Positions 34,440-45,136 of a stretch of DNA of 64,000 bases are shown in pieces; position 1 is the stretch's first letter; every line of letters begins with the position of its first letter. The notes beneath the pieces were generated by a model. It had not been told where the DNA came from and made no database searches. It was given only the letters and a program-made list of their open reading frames with translations. Source of the stretch: Macrostomum lignano (Eukaryota); assembly GCA_002269645.1 (NCBI GenBank), contig NIVC01000557.1, forward strand, positions 124,001 to 188,000, read 5' to 3'. Made by a program: the position numbers and the translations under genes.

Positions 34440-37400
34440 TCAACGGTTCGATCGCTTTGAGGCGGCGGAACCGCTGCCTCGGCCGCTGGCAGACTCCAGC
34501 TGGTGCTCCGACTCGGCCGCCGCTGCCGCCGGGGGCGTCTCCTCCTCTCCGGCGCCGCCCCAGCGCTCCAATTCCTGACGCACCATGCGCTCCATCTTCT
34601 CCCGTTTCTCAGCCTCGCTGTCGCCCTCGCACTCGCCGATGGAGTCCAGCAGGCGACTCATCGTCTCGCGACGCTTCAGCTTGGCGCGCTCCATGCTCTC
34701 GAGTTTCAGCAGGACAGAGTCGATTCGATTCACGATGCCGCCGATGCTGTGCTCCATGCGGTCCACCCGGCGGGACAGCGTCGTGAACTCGTCGATGGGG
34801 ACGCCGCTGCCGCCGCCGCCGCTGTTGCTGCCGCTGGTGTTCGGTCGGCCGCCTCTGGTGGCGCTGCGCATCGAGCCGCGTAGGCTGACAGCGCCGTCTC
34901 TGTCGTCGCCTGCCAGTTCGTCGTTGTCGGCGTCTCCGTCGTCGGCGCCGACGCCGGCGCTGCCCTGGCGCTGCTGCTCCGCGCGCTCACTTTCGATTTG
35001 ACTGTTCAGGGCGGCCTGAGGGGTGCGTGGCATGCGTGGTGGGGGGGGGGATTTCTCGACGGTTTTTTTGCCATGTATCCTTCTTTGACCTCTAATTGTT
35101 CTGTAATAGCGCGATTCCTAATTCACAGATTCCTGATTCACAGATTCCTGATTCACTGATTCCTGATTCACTGATTCCTGATTCACTGATTCCTGATTCA
35201 CTGATTCCTGATTCACCGATTCCTGATTCACAGATTCCTGATTCACCGATTCCTGATTCACAGATTCCTGATTCACAGATTCCTGATTCACTGATTCCTG
35301 ATTCACTGATTCCTGATTCACTGATTCCTGATTCACTGATTCCTGATTCACCGATTTCTGATTCACCGATTCCTGATTCACAGATTCCTGATTCACAGAT
35401 TCCTGATTCACTGATTCCTGATTCACTGATTCCTGATTCACCGATTCCTAATTCACCGATTCCTGATTCACCGATTTCTGATTCACCGATTCCTGATTCA
35501 CAGATTCCTGATTCACTGATTTCTGATTCACCGATTCCTGATTCACAGATTCCTGATTCACCGATTCCTGATTCACCGATTTCTGATTCACCGATTCCTG
35601 ATTCACAGATTTCTGATTCACCGATTCCTGATTCACAGATTCCTGATTCACGGATTCCTGATTCACAGATTCCTGATTCACAGATTCCTGATTCACAGAT
35701 TCCTGATTTAAGGATTCTTGATTCACAGATTCCTGATTCACTGATTTCTTATTCACCGACCCCTGATTCACTAATCCCTGATTCACCGATTTTAAATTTG
35801 CCCATTTCGCTGCCTCACCTTTTGTCCCTCTAGCTCCCACTGCATCTTGCGCTGCTCGTCTTCGTCCAGCACCCTATCGCCGTCCATGTCGTACCGGGCA
35901 AACAGGGCCTCAATTTCGCCGTCAGCGTAGCCTCGCCTTCAATTGTGATTGGCGGTTCGGAGGCCAAAAGTAAACGCACAATTTTTTGAGGCAAGCGATG
36001 TTTGTAAGAAGGGTGTCAGCTAGGGGTCAGTTGCTTGGAAAGACGTTTTCATCAAGATACTCGTATTATTTTCGAGAACACCGTAGATGATATTGTCAGT
36101 AGAGGATGTTGTCAGTAGGGGATATTGTCAGTAGGGGATATTGTCCGTAGAGGATGTTGTCAGTAGGGGATATTGTCAGTAGGGGGATATTGTCAGTAGG
36201 GGATATTGTCAGTAGGTATTAGTGTCGGGAAATATGCTGTCAGATTGGCCAGCAGATCCCCAACTGGCTCAAACTCACATCTTCAATTCGGTTCGCCACT
36301 CCTCAAAGTCCAGCTGCCTGTCGTTGTTCATGTCAGCAGATTGCATCGCCAGTTGAATGTCGACGATTTTGTCACGTCGCAGGTGCAGCTTGTCGAGGAC
36401 ACGGCCGGCTCGCTAGGAAAGAGAAGGGGCGGTTTGAATCAGGAAAGAATAAAAGATTCGTATGGCCGACTTAAGCTGAATCTAAATGCCCTGCAATAAA
36501 TTATGTATTCTCTTAATTGCTTAAGTTTGGCGTTGCTATGGCGACGAGCAAAGTGTTACGACACAACATATAAAACTGGTCTGAACATCTAATACTATAG
36601 AATCTTAATGGATCTGTAAGTGCTGCGTTAAGCGTGATGCGCTATGTGTTTAATTTTTAATGACATTAAATGCGAGAGTTCTATTGAACAGAATGTTAAA
36701 ATTGATTTTAAGGATGAGTTCTCACAGACCTACATTGAAGCACACCTTGTGCTCCAGTTTGGCACCTCATGGTTCTCTTTTGGCGCATCTCACAGTTCCA
36801 TTTTGGCACACCTTACAGATCCATTTGGGCACATCTTACAGATGCATTTTGGAACATCTTACAGATCCATTTGGACACATCTCACAGATCTATTTTAGCA
36901 CACCTCACAGATCCGTTTGGGCACAGCAATTTGTCAGGGCTGCAGTGTTCCCTAATGCTCAAGAATCACTTAATACTAACGATTATAGTATAGTCAATAA
37001 AACCCTACCTGCTTAAAATAGTCGGTCATCTCGAAGTCGTTCGGTTGATTAGCCAGGTTGCTCTTCACCTCGCTGTACGTGTCGTTAATGATCGCCAGGA
37101 ACATGTTGATCAGCACAAAGAACACGAAGAACACGTACAGGATGAAGTAGATCGGGCCCAGCACTCGGTGCGCGTTCTGCAGACTGGCGAAGTCAAAATC
37201 GCCCAGAATGATGCGGAACAGCGTGAAAATGGCCTGCTGAAATTCTCTGAAGTCTTCAACTTTGGTGCCAAAGATCAGGTAGCCCAGCTGGGCGAAGGCG
37301 AAGAATACAATGAAGAACATCACGGCGAAGCCCAGTAAGTCTTTAGCGCAGGCGCCCAGAGTTGAACTCAACTGCGTCATGGTCTTATTAAAGCTGATGT

Positions 37401-40400
37401 ACTTGAAGATCTTCACCCAGGCGAAGAACACCGTGATAGCGATGGCCTGGTTAAACTGTTCCTGCCAAAAGCTGAGGAAGTCGAAGTCCGGATATTGAGT
37501 CTCGTCCTCCAGTAGTCTGGTGAGCTTGTTCCCAACGCTGATGGTTCGGTAGATATTGAAGGCGGCGCAGACCAGGGCAATTACAATCACGACAATGTCA
37601 AGCCAGTTCCAGAACGAGCTGAAATAAGCCAGCTTGTGCCGCTTGATCTCGATGATCTCTTCCACAATGTAGTAGCAGATGAACAGCATGAAGATGCACT
37701 CGCAGGCCAGTACGAAATAGTCGATAGGTTCAACGTAGCGCAGAAGCTTTACAGTGCGAAACTCCCAAGAGGTGAAGCCGCCGCCAGTTGCCGGGAATTC
37801 AGCTATCAATTTGATCACACAGAACAGGTTAATGTTAGCGTTGTACACTGTGAAGTCAATGAACACAGCCCTGGTAGCTCTGTCAATCCATAGGCCATGG
37901 AAGAGTTCATCAATTTTAGCAGTGGATTCTTCGCGGCTCCGGCCCAGATCGATGTAATATCCGCCGCCGTTGTACGTGGCGAGCTTGCCGGAGTAGCCGC
38001 GACCGTCTAGCTGTTGTTCGGTGCTGTAATTCCAAGCCGTCGAGTTCATGTAGCCGAACGGTTCGCGGCTCTCGGCGCTGCCGCTGTACATGGCGTAGCA
38101 GGCGCGGATGTTGGCGCGAAAATCTGTCGCGATCGAGCAGCTGTCGTTGCGGACTCGAACCTGGCGGACAGATTGCCATTTTTTGGGCAGCGTTAATAAC
38201 TATCTATAATGTTTCTAATTTGTAATTTATATAATGAGAATAATTTATTACTCCTGGCCTAATTTGGCCAGATGTGCAACCGACAGCTCAGCCGCAGCTA
38301 TTGCGCGGCGCATCTGAAGGCTGCGTACGGCTTTTCAGTCCAAGGACTGGGGGGGGGGTCGCCACACACCCTCAATTACCGCAGCTAATGCTGGCACCCA
38401 TTTTACAGCTGGGGGGGGGGGATGGCGTAGCCCAGTGGTCAAGCACGGCGCTCTGATGAGCCAGCGGCCCAGGCTCGATTCCAAGTGCAGTCACATTGAC
38501 TTGGGGCTAAACTGGAATCTCGGCTTGGCTCTGCTCGTGCAATTAACGTCCTTGAGGGCCAACCCCCAAGACACAGTGAAGTGTACATGCCTAACGATAA
38601 ATAAAGTTAGGGCCGCTGTACACTCCTGTGTGAGTGTGTGCCTGTGCGTATGACTGCGTACGTATCCGCGGCAGTAATGCCTCTCACTGGTTGTGAGACA
38701 ATGTCGCTTAAAGTGCGCCAGGTTGCATTCCCGTTTGATTCATGGCCTCTCAGCAACTCCCGCTTAACCCTGTCATCTCTCAAAATTCCACATTGATTGA
38801 TCAATCAAAATCAACAGCCAATTACCTGTCGCATCCTTGGTACGCCGAGCAGTTTGTTCTCATAGTAGATGAAATTTCGCTCTCTCGGATCGGTCACATT
38901 GGCATTGTTATACCAGGTGTCCCAGTACAGGCCGGAGATCAGGGGGCCTTGGGCGAACTGAGGGTTTAATCGGGAAAAATATCATGCCTTGGGTATTTTT
39001 CATTTTTATTACTGTCATAGCGGTGTGCCAGGAAGCCGATCGCTCACCCCCCACCAGTCCGCGAAGTTCTTCACCGACGTAAAAGTGGCACCGCTGGCGG
39101 TTGGCGTGGTCAGGAACAGCGAGTTCATCACGAACGTGTAATAGTACATTGTTGACGAGGTCATGCCGAAGGTCACTGGAATTATAAGTAGTTAATTTTA
39201 CTTACTGAATTTTTCCTTGTTACACACTAAAATGACTGTCACTGATTTGACTGTCACTGATTTGACTGTCACTGATTTGACTGTCACTGATTTGACTGTC
39301 ACTGATTTGACTGTCACTGTTTTGACTATCACTGTTTTGACTGTCACTGTTTTGACTATCCCTGACTGTCACTGTTTTGACTATCACTGTTTTGACTGTC
39401 ACTGTTTTGACTGTCACTGTTTTGACTATCACTGTTTTGACTGTCACTGTTTTGACTATCACTGTTTTGACTATCACTGTTTTGACTGTCACTGATTTGA
39501 CTGTCACTGTTTTGACTGTCACTGTTTTGACTGTCACTGTTTTGACTATCACTGTTTTGACTGTCACTGATTTGACTGTCACTGTTTTGACTGTCACTGT
39601 TTTGACTGTCACTGTTTTGACTATCACTGTTTTGACTGTCACTGATTTGACTGTCACTGTTTTGACTGTCACTGATTTGACTGTCACTGTTTTGACTGTC
39701 ACTGTTTTGACTGCCACTGACTGTCACTGTTTTGACTGTCACTGTTTCGACTGCCACTGACTGTCACTGTTTTGACTGTCACTGCTTGACTGTCACTATT
39801 TTGGCTGCCATGAATCAATCTCTGGCCCCAACCTAAACTTCAATTCTAACCCTAATTACCCTAACCCTAAACTTACTGTGCTTTATGCAGTGCCCCATAC
39901 AATTTGAATTTATAAGTACGTAAATTCGATAATAAGTCAGTGAAAGTGACGTACAGATCATTAGCACTATCAGGAACAGGCAGTAAACGATGAGCTCTCT
40001 CAGGGTGGTCTTGATGTACAGCTCTCGGTTCTCGCGAGTATCCATGGTGTAATTGGTGCGCCACACAACTGCATTTCGTGAAATGGTGATTTTGTGAGCA
40101 TCGTACAGGAAGTGTGATTGTCACAGGAAAGAAGAGGTGTAAAATTAAACTACACGTTTATAATAGCCGTGATTTAAATAAAAGAAACAAATAAAGTTGT
40201 TTAAATTTAGGCATTATAAATTATTACGAATGCAGATGACCACCAGGAATAGGCAGTACATGACCAGCTCGCGCAGAGTGGTCTTGATTTTCAACTCAGC
40301 GTTCTGCGACACATCCTCCGTGTCCTTTGTCATCCAGACGGCTGAGTGAGTCGATTTTAGATAAATGATATAGTCTTGGTTACTAGGAGCCTAGCCAGGG

Positions 40401-42283
40401 GAGCGGCTAGATGGGATCGCCACCCTCACACCCCCCTGACCCCCCTGTTCAAAGTTTTAACAGTTTTCCAACAGCTCCTTTGGCGCCATCGGTGCCCGTT
40501 TGGTGTCGGTGTGCCGTTTGATGTCGGTGTGCCGTTTCATGTCGATGTGCCGTTTGATGTCGTTGTTCCATTTGGTGTCGGTGTGCCGTTTCATGTCGGT
40601 GTGCCATTTGATGTCGTTGTTCCATTTGGTGTCGGTGTGCCGTTTCATGTCGGTGTGCCGTTTGATGTCGGTGTGCCGTTTATTGTCGGTGTGCCGTTTA
40701 TTGTCGGTGTGCCGTTTCATATCGGTGTCCCGTTTGATTTCGGTGTGCCATTTAGTGTCAGTGTGCCTTTTGGTGTCGGTGTGCCGTTTGGTGTCGGTGT
40801 GCCGTCTCATGTCGGTGTGCTGTTTATTGTCGGTGTGCCGTTTGGTTTCGGTGTGCCGTTTGGTGTCGGTGTGCCGTTTGGTGTCGGCGTGCCGTTTATT
40901 GTCGGTGTGCCATTTAGTGTCAGTATCTGTCCATCTGGGTCCTTTGAAACTTTACAATAATATAGCGATCCAGTCTGCTCAAGGTTTGGATCTCTTCTCA
41001 AATCTTTTTCTTCTCTCCTCTTGTCTCCACTCTTCTCCTTTATTCCCTTTCCTCTCATCTTTTCTCCAATCTCTCTTCTCTCCCCTCTCCCCTTCTATGG
41101 CCCAGAGTCATGCGTTCATCGGTTCTCCCGGGCAAATGGGGGCAAATGGGGGCGTCGAGTGTACAAGCCGTTGAAAAAAACTTACCGCGCACGCCTCTCT
41201 TAAACTTTCCCCAGCATCCGGTAGCCTCATCATCGGTGCCATTATTAGCCGGCATGATGGCCGCCTGGCTGCCAAAGTTCGACGAGTTCTCCAGCTGGTC
41301 GGCTGCGGCTGAAGTTGTCGGATTGTCGGCGTTGGCTTCCCAGGCCTGAATGGAACGATGAGGATTAGGGTAGAAAGTTAGCCCGAAATCGTGTTAGTTG
41401 AATGTAGGGCGCAGTTTCTGCGAAAGCAACTCCCTCTTGAGCCGTGTCTTTAACCCTAGCTCTCCCCTTGATTCTTAGCATCTCAGTATGAAGGGGTTGT
41501 AGCCTGTTGGTTAGAGCGCAGGACTCACGACTTGAAGGTCGGGGGTTCGATTCTCGACTCAATCGGAACAATTTGTGTCCTTGAGCAAGACACTTAACTC
41601 TGCATTGCTTCAGTTCACCCAGCTGTAAAATGGGTGCCAGCATTGGCTGGGGTAATTGAGGGTGTGTGTGGCGACCCCCCAGTCCTTGGACTGAACAGCC
41701 GTACGCAGCCTTCAGATGCGCCGCGCAATAGCTGCGGCTAAGCTGTCGGTTGCACATCTGGCCATTAGTCGTAGTCGTCGTGTCGCACAATCGGCGATAG
41801 GCATTACTGCCCATTCCGCCGACTCCCCTGAGCAGGCAAACACTCACACAAGAGTGTACAGCGGCCCTAACTTTATTTATCGTTAGGCATGTACACTTCA
41901 CTGTGCCTTGGGGGTTGGCCCTCAGTGGTGTTAATTGCACGAGCAGAGCCAAGCTGAGATTCCAATTTCGACCCAAATTGATGTGACTGCACTTGGAATC
42001 GAGCCTGGGCTGCTGGCACATGGATCAGAGCGCCGCGATGGACCACTGGTGGGTTACGGCCCTACTGTCTTAGCTCCTTTGTACGGAACTATACAGTGGT
42101 CATGACGGTTCTCACCTGACTGCCGCCAAGTTGACCACGCGACTGGGCCGACCCAGCCCTTACAACGTCGTCGTCGTGGACGGTGCGACGCGATTTGGCG
42201 CTCGACGCCTGCGGCTGCGTCTGCTGCTGCTCGGCTCCGCTAGCAGATTTTCGACTCCTAGCGCTGGCTGGTCTCGACGCCAT
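34440..42283 (-). CDS. PKD2: Polycystin-2 / PKD2L1-type TRPP channel, 893 aa. Exons: 42283-42116, 41345-41186, [40341-40228 or 40068-39955], 39175-39048, 38957-38826, 38160-37009, 36412-36279, 35936-35819, 35015-34440.
   Basis: All junctions are GT-AG with matching phases, and the CDS is 2682 nt with one alternative exon. Motifs: [78 protein letters not shown]-hand exons, and the coiled coil [25 protein letters not shown]. Confidence 0.96.
35110..35790. repeat. 15-bp minisatellite (ttcctgattcacaga) in the last PKD2 intron
   Basis: Direct reading. Confidence 0.97.
36095..36215. repeat. 16-bp minisatellite (ttgtcagtaggggata) in a PKD2 intron
   Basis: Direct reading. Confidence 0.9.
36532..36545. 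promoter_or_regulatory. Intronic RFX X-box GTTGCTATGGCGAC in PKD2
   Basis: Fits the X-box consensus and lies in a ciliary channel gene. Confidence 0.45.
36775..36925. repeat. ~24-bp degenerate minisatellite (tttggcacatcttacagatcca…)
   Basis: Direct reading. Confidence 0.8.
38267..38412 (-). mobile_element. SINE family 2, 3' half
   Basis: Reverse complement of cccagctgtaaaatgggtgccagc…gtcggttgcacatctggcc, as seen at 41620-41765. Confidence 0.8.
38421..38730 (+). mobile_element. SINE family 1, copy B
   Basis: A and B boxes and body match copy A, with an added 3' extension shared with copies C and D. Confidence 0.85.
39230..39800. repeat. 15-bp minisatellite (tgactgtcactgttt) in a PKD2 intron
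   Basis: Direct reading. Confidence 0.97.
40495..40925. repeat. 18-bp minisatellite (gtcggtgtgccgtttgat) in PKD2 intron 2
   Basis: Direct reading. Confidence 0.95.
41493..41765 (+). mobile_element. SINE family 2, near full-length (tRNA head, CORE-like domain, tail)
   Basis: A box TAGCCTGTTGG and B box GGTTCGATTCTC. The central tgtgtccttgagcaagacacttaactctgcattgcttcagttcacccagctgtaaaatggg resembles the MIR CORE consensus as remembered. Confidence 0.85.
41781..42062 (-). mobile_element. SINE family 1, copy C
   Basis: Reverse complement of the family 1 head and body; tail-to-tail with the SINE2 copy. Confidence 0.85.
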
Positions 42284-42901
42284 GGGCAGTTTTGTGCTGT
42301 TTTCTCTCGTTGTTTCGCGAATGAATTGTCTGGAAGATAAAGCGTTATGGAGCGGTCACTCTGTCAAATTGTTCAATGGACGTACGGAATTCGTTACACG
42401 TAGCTGAAAAAACTCGCAAATGACATATGTGCGAATTTCAAGGGCTTCAGGGCGAGCGACCGCGTTCACCTCCTCCTGGACTCCCTGGAGAGGGACTCCG
42501 GAGCTGCCCACGGTCGCCCAGGGTTAGCGGAGTTATCTGGACGCCCGGGAGCCCCTTGCAGCTAAGTCAAGTGCGCCAATAAAATGGCTCTATGCTGTCT
42601 ATGGCCTTCCTTTGTTTATGTAAATAAACGCTGTTTAATTCACATTCTGTGGTTAGAATGTCCGAGGCTGCGTTTAATGGTCTCGAGGCGAGCGTAGCGA
42701 GAATAGACTTACCAAAGCAGTTTACCTCTCGAAGCTGTCTTCCTCAGTTTCTCGCTCGATGCGTCAGCTCGTTTCCCTATCGCTCTCCCATTAAATCCCC
42801 TTCGCTGGGATGGAATCTGAGGGGAGGCGGGGAGGCTGTGGGCGCTTTATCCCTCTCCGCCGTCTGTTTGTTGTGAGAAAATAATCAAAATTTGTTATTC
42901 G

Positions 42902-42916
42902 GTTGCTAGGAGCAAC
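42902..42916. promoter_or_regulatory. RFX X-box GTTGCT-AGG-AGCAAC, ~620 bp upstream of the PKD2 ATG
   Basis: Perfectly palindromic half-sites with a 3-nt spacer, within the RFX consensus range. Confidence 0.5.
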
Positions 42917-43479
42917 AAAAATTGCAGCTTAGATACAGTAGAAGTAAGCGAGATGAAGCTTTATCCTCACAACAATTGAGGAGGTAGGTGAGCAGTCTCT
43001 CAATTCTCCAAAATCCACCCCAATCTAACAAAATGAAGCCCGTAGGCACTAAAAGGATTTTACTCCGCATTAAATTTTCAACAGAGCGTCACTGCTCTCC
43101 GGGCGCCATTACAAGCTAGCTATCTCTGGGACTGCGCAAAACGAGAGAGAAAGAGCGAGATAAAAAATACTCCCCGAGAAATTGATTCCATTCAGTGTCT
43201 GTCGGCCCATTGTATTTTGTCTGGCAGTGTGGCAGGCGAAATGCAGCTTTTTAATTCTGCATCAGACACGCTTCGTTGCGATGTAATTTTTCTGATTGAA
43301 GTGGCTGATGGAGATGATTGATGCTGAGTCTTGCTGCTCGGGATTTGATTAAAAATTATCTGCATTTCTTCGCTGTGCAAATCGACAAATTTCATTCAAA
43401 TAGAGAGCTAGAAATAACTATGCATGAATGAAGATTTTTTATTTAATAAATCATATTATTACTCCCTTGATAATTTTCT

Positions 43480-44636
43480 GTCCTGTCAGTTCCTATCAGT
43501 TCTTATCAGTTCCTGTCAGTTCTTATCAGTTCCTGTCAGTTCCTATCAGTTCCTATCAGTTCCTGTCAGTTTCTGTCAGTTCCTATCAGTTCCTATCAGT
43601 TCCTATCAGTTCCTATCAGTTCCTATCAGTTCCTGTCAGTTCCTATCAGTTCCTATCAGTTCCTATCAGTTCCTGTCAGTTCCTATCAGTTCCTATCAGT
43701 TCCTGTCAGTTCTTATCAGTTCCTGTCAGTTCCTATCAGTTCCTATCAGTTCCTATCAGTTCCTGTCAGTTCCTATCAGTTCCTATCAGTTCCTGTCAGT
43801 TCTTATCAGTTCCTGTCAGTTCCTATCAGTTCCTATCAGTTCCTGTCAGTTCCTGTCAGTTCCTGTCAGTTCCTATCAGTTCCTGTCAGTTCTTATCAGT
43901 TCCTGTCAGTTCCTATCAGTTCCTATCAGTTCCTATCAGTTCCTATCAGTTCCTATCAGTTCCTATCAGTTCCTGTCAGTTCCTGTCAGTTCCTATCAGT
44001 TCCTATCAGTTCCTATCAGTTCCTGTCAGTTCCTATCAGTTCCTGTCAGTTCCTATCAGTTCCTATCAGTTCCTATCAGTTCCTGCCAGTTCCTATCAGT
44101 TCCTATCAGTTCCTGTCAGTTCCTATCAGTTCCTGTCAGTTCCTATCAGTTCCTATCAGTTCCTGTCAGTTCCTATCAGTTCCTATCAGTTCCTGTCAGT
44201 TCCTATCAGTTCCTGTCAGTTCCTATCAGTTCCTGTCAGTTCCTATCAGTTCCTATCAGTTCCTATCAGTTCCTGTCAGTTCCTGTCAGTTCCTATCAGT
44301 TCCTATCAGTTCCTGTCAGTTCCTATCAGTTCCTATCAGTTCCTGTCAGTTCCTATCAGTTCCTATCAGTTCCTGTCAGTTCCTATCAGTTCCTGTCAGT
44401 TCCTATCAGTTCCTGTCAGTTCCTATCAGTTCCTATCAGTTCCTGTCAGTTCCTGTCAGTTCCTATCAGTTCCTGTCAGTTCCTGTCAGTTCCTGTCAGT
44501 TCCTATCAGTTCCTATCAGTTCCTGTCAGTTCCTATCAGTTCCTGTCAGTTCCTGTCAGTTCCTGTCAGTTCCTATCAGATCCTATCAGTTCCTGTCAGT
44601 TCCTATCAGATCCTATCAGTTCCTGTCAGTTCATGT
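43480..44636. repeat. 10-bp two-state satellite (ttcctatcag / ttcctgtcag)
   Basis: Direct reading. Confidence 0.98.
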
Positions 44637-45136
44637 GAGTTCCTTTCTGTTCTCAAACGATTTCTAGAAACAGTCTTTTTACATTTCGGTTTGTTATAGT
44701 TGTCGATTATTTAATGTCATTTGTAATCTAATAGATGCACTGTTGGCAATACTAAATAAATAATTTTAAACCACAGTTGAGCACTATGCTGCAATATTAT
44801 CTTATGCCCTAATGTTCTTAATATAAAAATCACATTAGAATGCTTGATACGATCTCCAAGCAGTCTGAGAATCCGTAAGATAAAGAAGTTCGAAGTTCAC
44901 TTCGTGCACACAGCACGCCAAGTTGTTGTACACAGCTTGTCTGTTGGCACTTTTGAGTTGACCTCAGTAGAACTGTTTTAAATAGCGTTGAAATTAACCC
45001 TGTGCTTTAACAAAACAACTTTCTCTTTGCAAGCTCAACTGCAGTGCTGTTGTTATCTTTGCCTAAAAGCAAGGTCAATCAAACGTTTGTCTGATTATTT
45101 ACGTTTTATTTTATTGCTGTTTTATTGCTGGTAGAT

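Noticed and set aside
39845-39872. Interstitial telomere-like (CCCTAA) units
   Set aside because: Only about three degenerate units; not distinguishable from chance or low complexity.
43192-43395. Short minus-strand ORF upstream of PKD2
   Set aside because: No homology, no linkable exons, and not the missing SLC7A N-terminus.
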